This document shows positions 54,138 through 63,755 of a stretch of 64,000 bases of DNA, piece by piece. The notes under the pieces are model-generated. The model had not been told where the DNA came from and did no database searches. It saw nothing but the letters and a program-made list of their open reading frames with translations. Each line of letters opens with the position of its first letter. The stretch's first letter is position 1. Both the position numbers and the translations under genes were made by a program. Where the stretch lies: positions 1-64,000 of IMG/VR virus record IMGVR_UViG_3300020045_003390. One strand, written 5' to 3'. The stretch is from a virus. Lineage: Duplodnaviria > Caudoviricetes.

Positions 54138-56278
54138 TAGTGAATCTCCGAGTAACGCTTACCCACTTGGCTTTCACAACCCAACAATCTACGAAGTTTA
54201 AAGTCTTTATTCACTTTGTCAATAGAAGTCTTAACAATCTCTGTCACAACCTCAATGACTTTAGGGTCATCCTTGACTGTAATAATTTGTTCATCATGAA
54301 ATCCCCCTGTTAAAGTTTTCCTACGCCAACGTCTTTGCATTTCTTCTAAGATGTTGTCCACCCACATATCAAAGAAAAAACTCCCAGTCCCTTGAGCTAA
54401 TGTAGAGAACCTATCAGAGTCTTTACGCAAAGAGTAGCAGAATCCGTTTACAGGATTAACCAACCACTTAGCACCTCTTGAGTCTTCAATCACAATTTGC
54501 TCCTCAGCGATAGCCTTTACGGACCAGTTAAGTTTCCAATATGCAGTGTGCAGAGTCTTACCCTCTTCCAGTGATACACCTGCAGCTTGGGCAATCTTTG
54601 GTGCCCCCGCGTTGTACACACTAGCATAATTTGTAGTCTTGCCCTTCTTTCGACTAGCTTTTGCGTTATCTGATTTAATCCCCTTCTTAAAGTCATCATA
54701 CTCTTTCTGAGTAACCATTTTAGCGGTCAAGGCCATCAAAATATGCGGATCATAATCGTCTTCCTGCATTGTTTTCACGTATTCTGGGTCATGAGGCAAC
54801 ATCAGGTGATGCTTAACGCGGTCCTCAAGGCTGCTCATGTCTGAGCCTATGTGAACTTTACCCTCACCAGCAATCAAAACTCCACGGACAATCTTACCGT
54901 ACATCTTGTCAATCCCAGGCAGATTTACGATTTCGGCATGCCGAACCCTGAGCGTATTAGTCAGACCTCCAATACGAGCACGTAAGAACTTTCCGTCAAC
55001 CAAATCCCGCTCAAAGCCCTTCAAAATACTGAGTCGGTGCTTTGCAACATTGAATGCAGCATAAGCTTCAATCTCAGGAACTTCTTCTGACAATCGTTCA
55101 ACAGAAGGGCACAACTCTTTTCCGCTTTCACCTGTAACCGTAATCTGTGGAATTGCCCTTTCTTTTGGCTTAGTGTCTTTCCAGTGAGTCCATGCAGAGT
55201 GATGAGAGCCTTCTTTTGGCTTCTTTGAAATCCACTTATTGAATGCCTCTTCGTCCTTCTCGAATTTAAAACTCTCTGGCTTCCAGCCTTTTGAGTACAG
55301 CAATGCTTTGATCTGTTCTGAACTATTAGCGTTCGGCTCTTCATAAGACTTCAGGACTTTTAATTCATCTGGCTTATCACTCCTAGCTACAATCAAAGTA
55401 CCAAACTCGTCCACTGCTTTTGTACGAAACTGCTCAATAACTTCTTCCCATGACTTACCCGAAGAAGACAACTCACCATTTTTCAAATAAGGTTTAGCTG
55501 GCTTATGTTTTGGTGAATACTTAGGAATCTTGGGCATCACAGCCTCAAGGGCACTCTTGGACTTCTCTACTTCTATTTCCAATTCTGCAATCGAAGTCTC
55601 AAGTAGTTCAACATCAACCTCCCAACGAGTCTTTTCTTGAAGCCTTGCACAGTCAGCTTTGAACATCAAGAATGTCAAGATACGATCAATAGCATCATCT
55701 ACGGACTCTTCCCGGAATTGGTCTAGATAAATCTCTTCATCTGGACTCACCCTCGTACCACCTACAGAACCATTTGCTACAAGAGGATTAGACTTGGAGT
55801 AAATGTCAATCAACCTTGCCTTCTGATCTTCCCAAAGTGCTTTGTTGATTTTAACGTCCTCTTGGCAACGGTACGTGTACTCTTCACGAGTTAGGTTTTG
55901 CCAGTCATCAATCTTTGGCTTCGCAATACCGAAGTCTTCAAAGAAAGAATCCAAGCCATGTTTCATTCGGTTAAAGTACAAGTACCAAGACACATACAAA
56001 GAGTCAATCAACATTACTTCTGATAAGTCAATTCCAAGTAATTTTTCAATCAGTGGAATGTCATAAGTAATGCCGTTGTGGATGACAATAGGAATACCGT
56101 TGTCAATGTGGTATTGGAAAAACTTCTGAATCCGTTGGTGATCTTCCCCTTGAATATCAAAAGTCTTTCCATCTTGAAGTTCACAACACAAGATGTGAAT
56201 CAAGGTTGCTTCATCAAGTAGGGCATCAGCCTCCAAGTCAGCAACAGTAGCATTCTTCCAGTTTGTGATTTTCTTCAT
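54137..56278 (-). CDS. family A DNA polymerase with 3'-5' exonuclease (T7-like)
   Basis: DLEAD, HNGITYD, YRCQED; motif A SDMSSLEDR, motif B KTTNYASVY, motif C FHDE. Confidence 0.95.
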   Translation of the reverse strand: MKKITNWKNATVADLEADALLDEATLIHILCCELQDGKTFDIQGEDHQRIQKFFQYHIDNGIPIVIHNGITYDIPLIEKLLGIDLSEVMLIDSLYVSWYLYFNRMKHGLDSFFEDFGIAKPKIDDWQNLTREEYTYRCQEDVKINKALWEDQKARLIDIYSKSNPLVANGSVGGTRVSPDEEIYLDQFREESVDDAIDRILTFLMFKADCARLQEKTRWEVDVELLETSIAELEIEVEKSKSALEAVMPKIPKYSPKHKPAKPYLKNGELSSSGKSWEEVIEQFRTKAVDEFGTLIVARSDKPDELKVLKSYEEPNANSSEQIKALLYSKGWKPESFKFEKDEEAFNKWISKKPKEGSHHSAWTHWKDTKPKERAIPQITVTGESGKELCPSVERLSEEVPEIEAYAAFNVAKHRLSILKGFERDLVDGKFLRARIGGLTNTLRVRHAEIVNLPGIDKMYGKIVRGVLIAGEGKVHIGSDMSSLEDRVKHHLMLPHDPEYVKTMQEDDYDPHILMALTAKMVTQKEYDDFKKGIKSDNAKASRKKGKTTNYASVYNAGAPKIAQAAGVSLEEGKTLHTAYWKLNWSVKAIAEEQIVIEDSRGAKWLVNPVNGFCYSLRKDSDRFSTLAQGTGSFFFDMWVDNILEEMQRRWRRKTLTGGFHDEQIITVKDDPKVIEVVTEIVKTSIDKVNKDFKLRRLLGCESQVGKRYSEIH

Positions 56279-56290
56279 TGTTTCCTCTAT

Positions 56291-56842
56291 TTATTTTCCG
56301 TGGCGTTCAGTGTAGTCAGCACCTTCACTAACTAACTTAAGAATCATATCATCCCTGAGTTTTGAGGCCAGTTCAAACGCTTTCTCAGTGCCATATTTAT
56401 TACAAGAAAAACTTCTAAGTTTCAACTTCCCACACTTATCAACCCAACAAGCACACCATGCGTTGTGGTTTGCTGAGTACGAAACCCCGACTTTACCTGA
56501 TGAGTTACGTTTGGTTATCCCCACATTCTTTGAGTTATCAGGTGCTGGCTTTAGCTTTAAGTTTGAAATGCGATTGTCAAACGGTATGCCATTAAGATGA
56601 TCCACAATCATACCCTCTATAATTTTGGCATTAAACATTTCCCAAATTACTACATGAACTTGGTATCCACTCCCGTCGACTACTACCCGCCAGTAACTAG
56701 GTTTTCCTTTTCTCTTGTACTGACAGCCAACACGATCACCACTCCTGTGTAAAAACTGCCCCCAATTTCCCTTTTTAGAATTTTTCCAAATCAGACAAGA
56801 TGGGGACGATTCGTCATAAATAAAATAATCACTCCAATTCAT
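56291..56842 (-). CDS. HNH/AP2 homing endonuclease
   Basis: HVVIW...VDHLNGIPFDNRISNL; NSSGKVGV. Confidence 0.88.
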   Translation of the reverse strand: MNWSDYFIYDESSPSCLIWKNSKKGNWGQFLHRSGDRVGCQYKRKGKPSYWRVVVDGSGYQVHVVIWEMFNAKIIEGMIVDHLNGIPFDNRISNLKLKPAPDNSKNVGITKRNSSGKVGVSYSANHNAWCACWVDKCGKLKLRSFSCNKYGTEKAFELASKLRDDMILKLVSEGADYTERHGK

Positions 56843-56844
56843 TT

Positions 56845-58584
56845 TTAGACTTGTTTATTTAAATAATCTTCCAAATCCCACATTGTATGCGATTCATTGT
56901 CGTAGTAGTACTTCCCGGCGATACCTGTCTTACCAGTCCACCTGATTTTAGTAGCTTTCATAATAGTTGTATTCCTTTCAATGTCGTCCTCAGATTCTTT
57001 ATTTCTACTGAACATTAAGTTACAAGCTGCACTTTTGTATAAATCTGAAGTGCCCATCATATCCTCTTCATGTAAATCAGCGCCTGCACTACCCGCTTTC
57101 TGACCATTTTGGGTCTTTCTGGTGTGTGCCACATTGTAGAACGTGCAAGAATGAGATTTTACCATACCTTTCTGCCAGTTCACAAACTTAATTTGCTCTT
57201 CTAGCGGTAGGCAGGACACGATGTCATGAACAGGGTCAAGAACAATGACCTTACACCCGCAAGCTACAATGAGATTTTCAATCGCCTCTTGCACCCCCAC
57301 AACTTCACCTCCCCGATCATCCACTAGATAGAAGCGTGGCTCTCCGTTTTCAAGGTTAAAAAGTTCGTACTCCTTCTCCTTGATGTCCTCCCTTCCAAGA
57401 ATAGCCAATGCATCCGAGTTTTCTAACAACTCAAGTTTTTGACTGATATGTCGAGAGAGTAACTTAATACCATACTGACCCTTTGTACTCTCTAAAGTAA
57501 CAACCCCAACCTTATGTGGAGAGTTAAAAAGCATATAGTAGATAATTTCGTCAACAATGGTCGATTTGCCAGTTCCACTGGCTGAACTCAAGTTCAGGAT
57601 TCTTCCGAGGGGTACACCCCCTGCCATCATACCTTGCAGCTTATGCATAAATGGTGGCAGGGGGATTTTGGGGACCATGAACTCTTCCCGCATTGAATCA
57701 GAAATCTGGTTACTACCAACTACGCCCACAGGCACATACGTCTTAGCATTGTAGAAATCACTGATAAAAGACTTTTGATCACCTTTTGTCAAATACTCGT
57801 TTGCATCCTTATGCTTCATCTGCATGATCTTAATTTTGCCTTTTGGCATAACCTTCACAATGCTATCAATAGCTTTCTGTCCAGGCTCATCTCCGTCATA
57901 TGAGATTATGATTTGTTCAAACATGTCATAGAAAGCATAATTGTTTGCAATCTGCTTTGCTGACTGCGCACCAGTAGTTGCAGAAACAACTGCTACTTCA
58001 TAATCACTTCCTCGTTTCTCATTATACTCCTTGAGCATCTGATACGCGGATAGGGCATCAATTTCCCCCTCCGTCAAAATAACGTACTTCCCGCCACGAG
58101 GAAAACGGAACTGCATGAAGCATTCTGTAGTTGCTCCTGTACGACCAATACTCTTAAAGTCCTTTGGAACTTCACGTACCTTGTACCCTGTCAACTTCCC
58201 CTGTTGTGTGCAAGGGTAGTATTGTTCAATCACAGAGCCATCTTCCTCGGAGAAACTATGACGTACACCGAAGTAAGATGTAATACTGTCACTCAGCCCA
58301 CGGTAGCCATTACAACGTGTAGAAGTCTCATCCTTGATCTGCTGTGCTTTCTCTTCTGAGATAGCCTCTTTTTCTTTAACAGGTTTTCCTGTAGTTTCTT
58401 GTTGCATTACTTCCTTTCGTATTTTTGGTTTATTCTTTGTGTTGTGTTCTTCTTTGTACTCTTCACTAGGAATTGTGTATCCGCACCCTGCAACGAAGCA
58501 ATGCACTGATCCATCATCATACTCAGCACAACCATCTGAGCTTCCGCATTTGGGGCAGCTTGTGTGTTTAACGAAGTTTGCTAT
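56845..58584 (-). CDS. primase-helicase (T7 gp4-like), putative AUA start at 58584
   Basis: Zn-binding CPKC...HCF, TOPRIM TEGEIDA and YDGD..G, Walker A SGTGKS, VLDP. Confidence 0.92.
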   Translation of the reverse strand: MANFVKHTSCPKCGSSDGCAEYDDGSVHCFVAGCGYTIPSEEYKEEHNTKNKPKIRKEVMQQETTGKPVKEKEAISEEKAQQIKDETSTRCNGYRGLSDSITSYFGVRHSFSEEDGSVIEQYYPCTQQGKLTGYKVREVPKDFKSIGRTGATTECFMQFRFPRGGKYVILTEGEIDALSAYQMLKEYNEKRGSDYEVAVVSATTGAQSAKQIANNYAFYDMFEQIIISYDGDEPGQKAIDSIVKVMPKGKIKIMQMKHKDANEYLTKGDQKSFISDFYNAKTYVPVGVVGSNQISDSMREEFMVPKIPLPPFMHKLQGMMAGGVPLGRILNLSSASGTGKSTIVDEIIYYMLFNSPHKVGVVTLESTKGQYGIKLLSRHISQKLELLENSDALAILGREDIKEKEYELFNLENGEPRFYLVDDRGGEVVGVQEAIENLIVACGCKVIVLDPVHDIVSCLPLEEQIKFVNWQKGMVKSHSCTFYNVAHTRKTQNGQKAGSAGADLHEEDMMGTSDLYKSAACNLMFSRNKESEDDIERNTTIMKATKIRWTGKTGIAGKYYYDNESHTMWDLEDYLNKQV

Positions 58585-58595
58585 TTTAATCCCCC

Positions 58596-58886
58596 TTAAC
58601 TCACATGCGGTGTAACATACATCAACAATTCAATATCATCCCGAATTAAAATCTCCGGTACTTCTTCATGAATATTAGAGATTTGATACCCAAGATCATA
58701 GTGGCTTTTCTTTTTCGCTGGAATCTCCACCCCAACAATCCAATAATCCCTATCAGAATCATACCAAGGACTTGCATAATCTAAATCATCGTTATCAAGC
58801 ATTTCATCGACTTCATCCAAAATATCTTCTGGAAGGTCTTTATACTTTACTCCGTATATCAACTTAGCTTCAATATCAATACTCAT
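58596..58886 (-). CDS. hypothetical protein
   Basis: 96-aa ORF with SD AGGAGG. Confidence 0.65.
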   Translation of the reverse strand: MSIDIEAKLIYGVKYKDLPEDILDEVDEMLDNDDLDYASPWYDSDRDYWIVGVEIPAKKKSHYDLGYQISNIHEEVPEILIRDDIELLMYVTPHVS

Positions 58887-59217
58887 AATCTCCTCCTTTC
58901 AACCAACCCTGAATAGCCTCCGCTGCTTTCTCCAAATATTCTAGCCGTTCCTCTTCATCATCGAAGCAACCCTTCCAGTCATCATCAAAGCTACAAGGGT
59001 AAACTTCTTTACCATAGACATCAGGACACTCTGCACGAAGTCTCCCGTGCCGCAAGCGAACGTAACCAACTTGAAATCGTTGGTCATCCTTCAATAAAAC
59101 CACATCATACTGCTCAGGACAAGCTCCGCAAGTGCACAAAAACGAAAGGTTATCAAATACATAACCCGGCGCATTGTTTTCATATCCACTCTTATCATAA
59201 ACCCTAAGATCAGTCAT
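58876..59217 (-). CDS. hypothetical protein
   Basis: TCGACPEQYD...VGYVRLRHG motif. Confidence 0.7.
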   Translation of the reverse strand: MTDLRVYDKSGYENNAPGYVFDNLSFLCTCGACPEQYDVVLLKDDQRFQVGYVRLRHGRLRAECPDVYGKEVYPCSFDDDWKGCFDDEEERLEYLEKAAEAIQGWLKGGDYEY

Positions 59218-59446
59218 ACTCAACCTCATTCTCCAGAACAGCCTTATAAGCAAAATACAGATATTCAATATCGGAATAATCCAAATTAAACACACGATCA
59301 GGTTGAACGGAAGTATAACTCTTACTTTTCACATAGTACCCATTTCCGTTATCCTTGAGAATCAGTAAGTCTTTTACATTAGAGCAATAACCTTCTTTCG
59401 CTTGGACTTTGATCTTATTACCTTTGATTTTTACTTTGACTGTCAT
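59210..59446 (-). CDS. hypothetical protein
   Basis: 78-aa ORF, ATGA overlap. Confidence 0.6.
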   Translation of the reverse strand: MTVKVKIKGNKIKVQAKEGYCSNVKDLLILKDNGNGYYVKSKSYTSVQPDRVFNLDYSDIEYLYFAYKAVLENEVEYD

Positions 59447-59850
59447 ACAAGTCCTTTCCTAAACTCAATCTCATCAATAAACATATCCTTGATATGCTCA
59501 GGAATATGCCTCTGTGTTTCAATAATAGCTTGGATATGAGATGTCTCTAAATCCTTTAGAAGAACCCACTTACAAGGTTGATCTCCTTTAGGTCCGTAGG
59601 TTCCCCACCTGAATGCTTCCCGCTTCTTCTCGTGCAAGTCATCCGAATATACACAGAGATTCTCCCACTTAGCATCATCCCAACCAAGGCAGTCTGCACC
59701 ACCCATACGAATATAACCTTCTAGACCACCATCTATGAAATAGCCATATTCATCTTGCACGAAGTCATACCTATGTTTACTCTGCAAGATAGCACCCGAT
59801 GGTGTACGCCAGATATTAGCGATTAGTTTAGGTTCTTGAGTATCTTCCAT
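59443..59850 (-). CDS. conserved phage hypothetical protein
   Basis: LQSKHRYDF...IDGGL.Y.R, WGTYG..GDQP. Confidence 0.7.
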   Translation of the reverse strand: MEDTQEPKLIANIWRTPSGAILQSKHRYDFVQDEYGYFIDGGLEGYIRMGGADCLGWDDAKWENLCVYSDDLHEKKREAFRWGTYGPKGDQPCKWVLLKDLETSHIQAIIETQRHIPEHIKDMFIDEIEFRKGLV

Positions 59851-59851
59851 A

Positions 59852-60013
59852 CTAATCGTGCATGAGACTAAAGAGAGCATTTAAAATTTGCACTAACTGG
59901 ACTTGTTCCACAGGATGAAGATCATGGTATTTCCGATGTACTCCAAATTTAGCAGAAGTTGCATCCCAGAACTTTTCTACTTCGCTGCGTGTATCTTGTT
60001 TATCTTCACTCAT
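59852..60013 (-). CDS. small hypothetical protein (53 aa)
   Basis: ATGA overlap; MSEDKQDTRSEVEKFW... Confidence 0.55.
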   Translation of the reverse strand: MSEDKQDTRSEVEKFWDATSAKFGVHRKYHDLHPVEQVQLVQILNALFSLMHD

Positions 60014-60333
60014 TCTGATTCCCCTTTAATATCATCCCAAGTAAACTCCCCGAAGCCATCGTTGTAAATTTCAACCCAGTTGGCCCCCATGAAGTCACGA
60101 CCAGCCATGCACTGCTTAAGGCGGTAATGAAAATCTTCAAAAGTCTCAATGACGTTTTCACGATCATACCTGCACTTAGCAATGTACTTGCCATCAATAA
60201 AGTACAAGTGCAATTCTGATTTCATTCCAGTATTGAAATCAATATACCACTCACCCATGTGATCTGTGCAAATTGTAATAGGTACACCACAAAGTTCAAT
60301 AAGTTTCAGTGGCATATTATGCAGGATACTCAT
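60010..60333 (-). CDS. hypothetical protein
   Basis: 107-aa ORF, ATGA overlap. Confidence 0.6.
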   Translation of the reverse strand: MSILHNMPLKLIELCGVPITICTDHMGEWYIDFNTGMKSELHLYFIDGKYIAKCRYDRENVIETFEDFHYRLKQCMAGRDFMGANWVEIYNDGFGEFTWDDIKGESE

Positions 60334-60650
60334 AATACCTCCTTTCGTTCCAAATATCTCCGTTTCAACTCCTCCTGAAAAGCAGGAGACACAACAAACT
60401 TCATTGTCATTCCAGCAGGAACTTCATAATCCTTGTCCGTAAGTCCTGAGTGCATCACCCTTGGCTTGCTGTATTTTGGACTGAACGTACCAAATCCTGT
60501 AAGAGACACCTGAGAACCTTCAAGCATCAGTTCTTCAATCGTCTTACGGAAGATATCCAAGAAGTCTTGGCACTCGTAGATAGTGTACATCTTATCGGAT
60601 GTATTTGACATAGCTTTTGCTAGGTCTTTTGGGAAGAGTTTGGTTGTCAT
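60330..60650 (-). CDS. HU/IHF-like DNA-binding protein
   Basis: VSLTGFGTF...R....T....VPA...KF..S. Confidence 0.85.
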   Translation of the reverse strand: MTTKLFPKDLAKAMSNTSDKMYTIYECQDFLDIFRKTIEELMLEGSQVSLTGFGTFSPKYSKPRVMHSGLTDKDYEVPAGMTMKFVVSPAFQEELKRRYLERKEVL

Positions 60651-60859
60651 TTAATAACAACATCCATTCCAAACAACACTAGATGGTCAGATTTGTCTTT
60701 TGATTCTTGGTATCCAATATACTGCTTAAAATACTTATCAATTACATCAATCTCTTCCTTCGTCATTTCAATCTTATTTGGTACTTTACCAGTCAAGACC
60801 TCATAATCACAAGCAAGTTTGATTGCTGCATTTATCAACTTTTCAGCAGTAGGTTTTTC
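60647..60859 (-). CDS. hypothetical protein
   Basis: MKVYYEKPT... Confidence 0.55.
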   Translation of the reverse strand, partial: EKPTAEKLINAAIKLACDYEVLTGKVPNKIEMTKEEIDVIDKYFKQYIGYQESKDKSDHLVLFGMDVVIK

Positions 60860-60875
60860 GTAGTAGACTTTCATT

Positions 60876-61289
60876 TTACTCCCAATTAATAATTTTCCAA
60901 GATTCAATCTTATCGTTTGAATTTAGATTATCAAAGAACTTATCCTGAGCAATCTCAAAAGCATAAGCAGCTTCATCATAAAGACGGTCTGTATCATCAG
61001 TACCAACTTCGTCTGCAATCTGTTTGTACGTTGCAACTTCCTTTTCAGTTGTGCTGGTGTTGCTGACTGCTACATTGTTGCCAGATTGCAGTGCAAGGAG
61101 GGTACGCTCTTGACAAAATGAATGTGCTTTTCCAAGCAGGCTTGGGTTGAAGACATACGTACCATCCTGTTGAATAAAGTACTCGTCAGCTTCAATGACT
61201 GCATCAACAACCCCACCTTGAAAAAGATCATGCGCAAAGCTACTTTTTCCTGAGCCTGGGGCACCCCTAATCAAATACAGTGTTTTCAA
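60876..61289 (-). CDS. AAA_33/PNK-like P-loop kinase, possibly chimeric
   Basis: LIRGAPGSGKS, EADEYF, AH..CQ, VAVSNT; atypical C-terminus. Confidence 0.7.
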   Translation of the reverse strand: MKTLYLIRGAPGSGKSSFAHDLFQGGVVDAVIEADEYFIQQDGTYVFNPSLLGKAHSFCQERTLLALQSGNNVAVSNTSTTEKEVATYKQIADEVGTDDTDRLYDEAAYAFEIAQDKFFDNLNSNDKIESWKIINWE

Positions 61290-61320
61290 TCTCTACTCCT
61301 TTGGTTAAACTTCTCTCTGC

Positions 61321-61348
61321 ATTATAACAGCCTCTTTCTTGGAGTCAA
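61321..61348 (-). promoter_or_regulatory. sigma70-type promoter
   Basis: TTGACT-16 nt-TATAAT with extended TG. Confidence 0.55.
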
Positions 61349-61635
61349 GAACTTTCATTGATCTTTTTCTTCATGATGCTAAACTTAAGCGTAGTGATGT
61401 CATACCCACGAAGTTCAAGTTCCTTGATTAGACTTGGGTTCATCTTACTGAAAAGTGGTTTCGTATGCAAATCAGGTTGATCTGTTGCCATTGCACAATA
61501 CAACAAAGTACTATCCCTACGCATACTTGAATCACCTTGCCAAGCAAAAATGATATCGGGATTGTCATTAGGAAGTCTTCCCCAGTACACCCGAAGTTCT
61601 CCATCTTTAAGTTTTGGTTTACGAAGTCGTTTCAT
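61345..61635 (-). CDS. hypothetical protein
   Basis: ELELRGYDITTLKFSI motif. Confidence 0.65.
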   Translation of the reverse strand: MKRLRKPKLKDGELRVYWGRLPNDNPDIIFAWQGDSSMRRDSTLLYCAMATDQPDLHTKPLFSKMNPSLIKELELRGYDITTLKFSIMKKKINESS

Positions 61636-61637
61636 AA

Positions 61638-62195
61638 TTACGTCCACATCGAAGAAAAGTACACCCCAAAAAGTCTATGTCCATTTTCCATGCGTTTGTC
61701 GTGTACTTGATACTTATCAAAATCATGGTTAGAAGCACCAAACCCATATTTCTCTTCCCAATCAGGATCAAAACTCCAGATCATTTCGTCTAGTGCCCAC
61801 GACCAAGCTTCTTCGCTGTATGCGTCTGTAAAGTCCCCAAGTTTACCATAGGTGTCATGAAACTCTTCCGGTACATCTGCTTTGTCTACTGCTGGTGTTC
61901 CAGCTTTAGCCTCTTTGAGTTTAATCAACATTGGATGAATGATGTAACACAAAGTGCTATCCATAGAGAACAAATCATAGCCGTCAATCCTGACATTGAT
62001 CTTACGTTTCCTCTTAGAATGAATCCATTCACAAGCTTTTGCAAATATAGATTCATCCCCATTCTTATCCTTGGCTAACCACTTACCAAAGTTGTATACG
62101 CTTTCATCTTCATCTGTGTCTCGCCAGAATAGAATCTTTTTAGCGATTTGAAAAGGCCCAGTCCATGATGGGTAATCACCAATATGTACTTTCAT
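61638..62195 (-). CDS. conserved phage hypothetical protein
   Basis: VRIDGYD.FSMD.TL..IIHPML, W.WALDEMIW, G..LFG.YF. Confidence 0.75.
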   Translation of the reverse strand: MKVHIGDYPSWTGPFQIAKKILFWRDTDEDESVYNFGKWLAKDKNGDESIFAKACEWIHSKRKRKINVRIDGYDLFSMDSTLCYIIHPMLIKLKEAKAGTPAVDKADVPEEFHDTYGKLGDFTDAYSEEAWSWALDEMIWSFDPDWEEKYGFGASNHDFDKYQVHDKRMENGHRLFGVYFSSMWT

Positions 62196-62393
62196 TTATT
62201 TCTCCACTTCAATCACACCATCAGAGAATCGCTTAGACCGATCAATCTCCTCTTCATTCTCTAATTCATTTGCCCAAATCTCAATAAAATCTTCACCGAA
62301 ATTTTCACAAGCAATATCAAGCGCGGCGTCTGCATTCTCTGCTTGAATCATATATACCTTATTTGCTACTACAGTTACCTCAAAATACTTCAT
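62196..62393 (-). CDS. hypothetical acidic protein
   Basis: MKYFEVTVV... Confidence 0.55.
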   Translation of the reverse strand: MKYFEVTVVANKVYMIQAENADAALDIACENFGEDFIEIWANELENEEEIDRSKRFSDGVIEVEK

Positions 62394-62485
62394 AAAACCT
62401 CCCATGATTGGTTGTTTATCTATTAGGCTACCAACACCCTTACCTCATGCATTTACAAGCCCCGTAGGGGTTATAAAGTGCCCTA

Positions 62486-62845
62486 TTAAGCCTTTGCTAT
62501 AATCTTATGCTTCAGCCTGTGCTGCAAAGCAGCTAGCTTCTTCAAATAAGCCTTCACTTCTCGATGTTCTTTGAAAAGAAGATGACGAAGAGTATCCTTA
62601 ACTTCATACGTAAGTGCTTCTTCCTTGATTTCCTTTCGGACTTGATCTGCTGCTTTGATATGTTTTGAAACGATGTGAGTAAGTATCTGTAAGTCACGTT
62701 GTGTAAGGCTTTCACTGTGCTTGTAAGACAAAGATAGAAAATTAGGCCAATCACTCACTGCAAAAACAGGTGGTGCAAACTGCCCACCAGAGCCTTTAAA
62801 AATAAACAAAGCATCACGAAAGATATTACGAATAAATCCAAACAT
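62486..62845 (-). CDS. hypothetical protein
   Basis: SD AAGGAG before MFGFIRN. Confidence 0.55.
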   Translation of the reverse strand: MFGFIRNIFRDALFIFKGSGGQFAPPVFAVSDWPNFLSLSYKHSESLTQRDLQILTHIVSKHIKAADQVRKEIKEEALTYEVKDTLRHLLFKEHREVKAYLKKLAALQHRLKHKIIAKA

Positions 62846-62899
62846 TAGGTTCTCCTTTAGGTTAAGTTCAATCAATTTTCTTCTGAATAACGTTCGCTG

Positions 62900-63067
62900 C
62901 TAATATGCAGTGTTTGTAGCAATGACTACAGCGGAGTATACACCATCTGCGATGCTACCACAAGCAACTAAGATTGCAGCACTCAGAATAGCTAAGGCTG
63001 CAATGATGAACTTACGTGAAAGCAGATGTGAGTAGTCTTTAATAACTTCAAGTTCTTGAGATTCCAT
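62900..63067 (-). CDS. small membrane protein (SRKF motif), possibly truncated
   Basis: MESQELEVIKDYSHLLSRKFIIAALAILSAA... Confidence 0.55.
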   Translation of the reverse strand: MESQELEVIKDYSHLLSRKFIIAALAILSAAILVACGSIADGVYSAVVIATNTAY

Positions 63068-63077
63068 TACAATTCCT

Positions 63078-63737
63078 TTACTTATTTAATAGATTTTCTG
63101 GTGAGACTTCGTAGATTGCACTGATATCATCTTTAATCCAGTGGTAGTTATCCCTACTTTCATCAACTACAGAAAGCATATCATGTGTTTCTTCTGTTAC
63201 AACACATGCCATCAACAGGTTCAATGATTCACTCTCCACAACAACCCTCTTCCCAACCAACGTAGAAACAAAAGGTCGAGTAACTGCAGCTTCAATTTTT
63301 GGTTCTGAGAAGAAAAGTGCTCGTGGTCCTTTTGTTTCAAACTTACCATCAAGTGTATAGTAATTAAAGTCCCCATGGTCATAAGCAACTCGAACAGGGT
63401 AAACTTCATCTTCACTTTCAATAAGACTTACCTTGCCTTTCCCGTGGTAAATATCCCAAACAACATCCCCAACCTGAAACTCATCTTGCTTCTCAGTCAC
63501 GATAAAAGATTTCTCCCAGTCTTCTTGGGTTACAGATTTAATAGTGTCATTGCTGTTTTTCATCTCTCCTCCTTGTTTAATAAAGCCTAGTGAAATTGGA
63601 TACCATCCGTAGTATTTACTACCATCCTTATCTTCTTCAACAACGCGTAATGAATCGGAGTCATTGTTTACGTCAATCACTTCAAGAAATTCTTCCCATT
63701 CTTTCAACTTCACAAAATCACCGATTTTAAATTGCAT
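63078..63737 (-). CDS. hypothetical protein with SH3/KOW-like repeats
   Basis: FKIGDFV and FQVGDVVW...HGKG.V motifs. Confidence 0.65.
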   Translation of the reverse strand: MQFKIGDFVKLKEWEEFLEVIDVNNDSDSLRVVEEDKDGSKYYGWYPISLGFIKQGGEMKNSNDTIKSVTQEDWEKSFIVTEKQDEFQVGDVVWDIYHGKGKVSLIESEDEVYPVRVAYDHGDFNYYTLDGKFETKGPRALFFSEPKIEAAVTRPFVSTLVGKRVVVESESLNLLMACVVTEETHDMLSVVDESRDNYHWIKDDISAIYEVSPENLLNK

Positions 63738-63755
63738 TCTTTTTTCCTTAAAAGC

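Noticed and set aside
62845-62902. TAG readthrough or stop-codon reassignment (frame stays open after TAG 62900)
   Set aside because: Many genes end cleanly in TAG or TGA, no suppressor tRNA, and the next gene has its own SD/ATG
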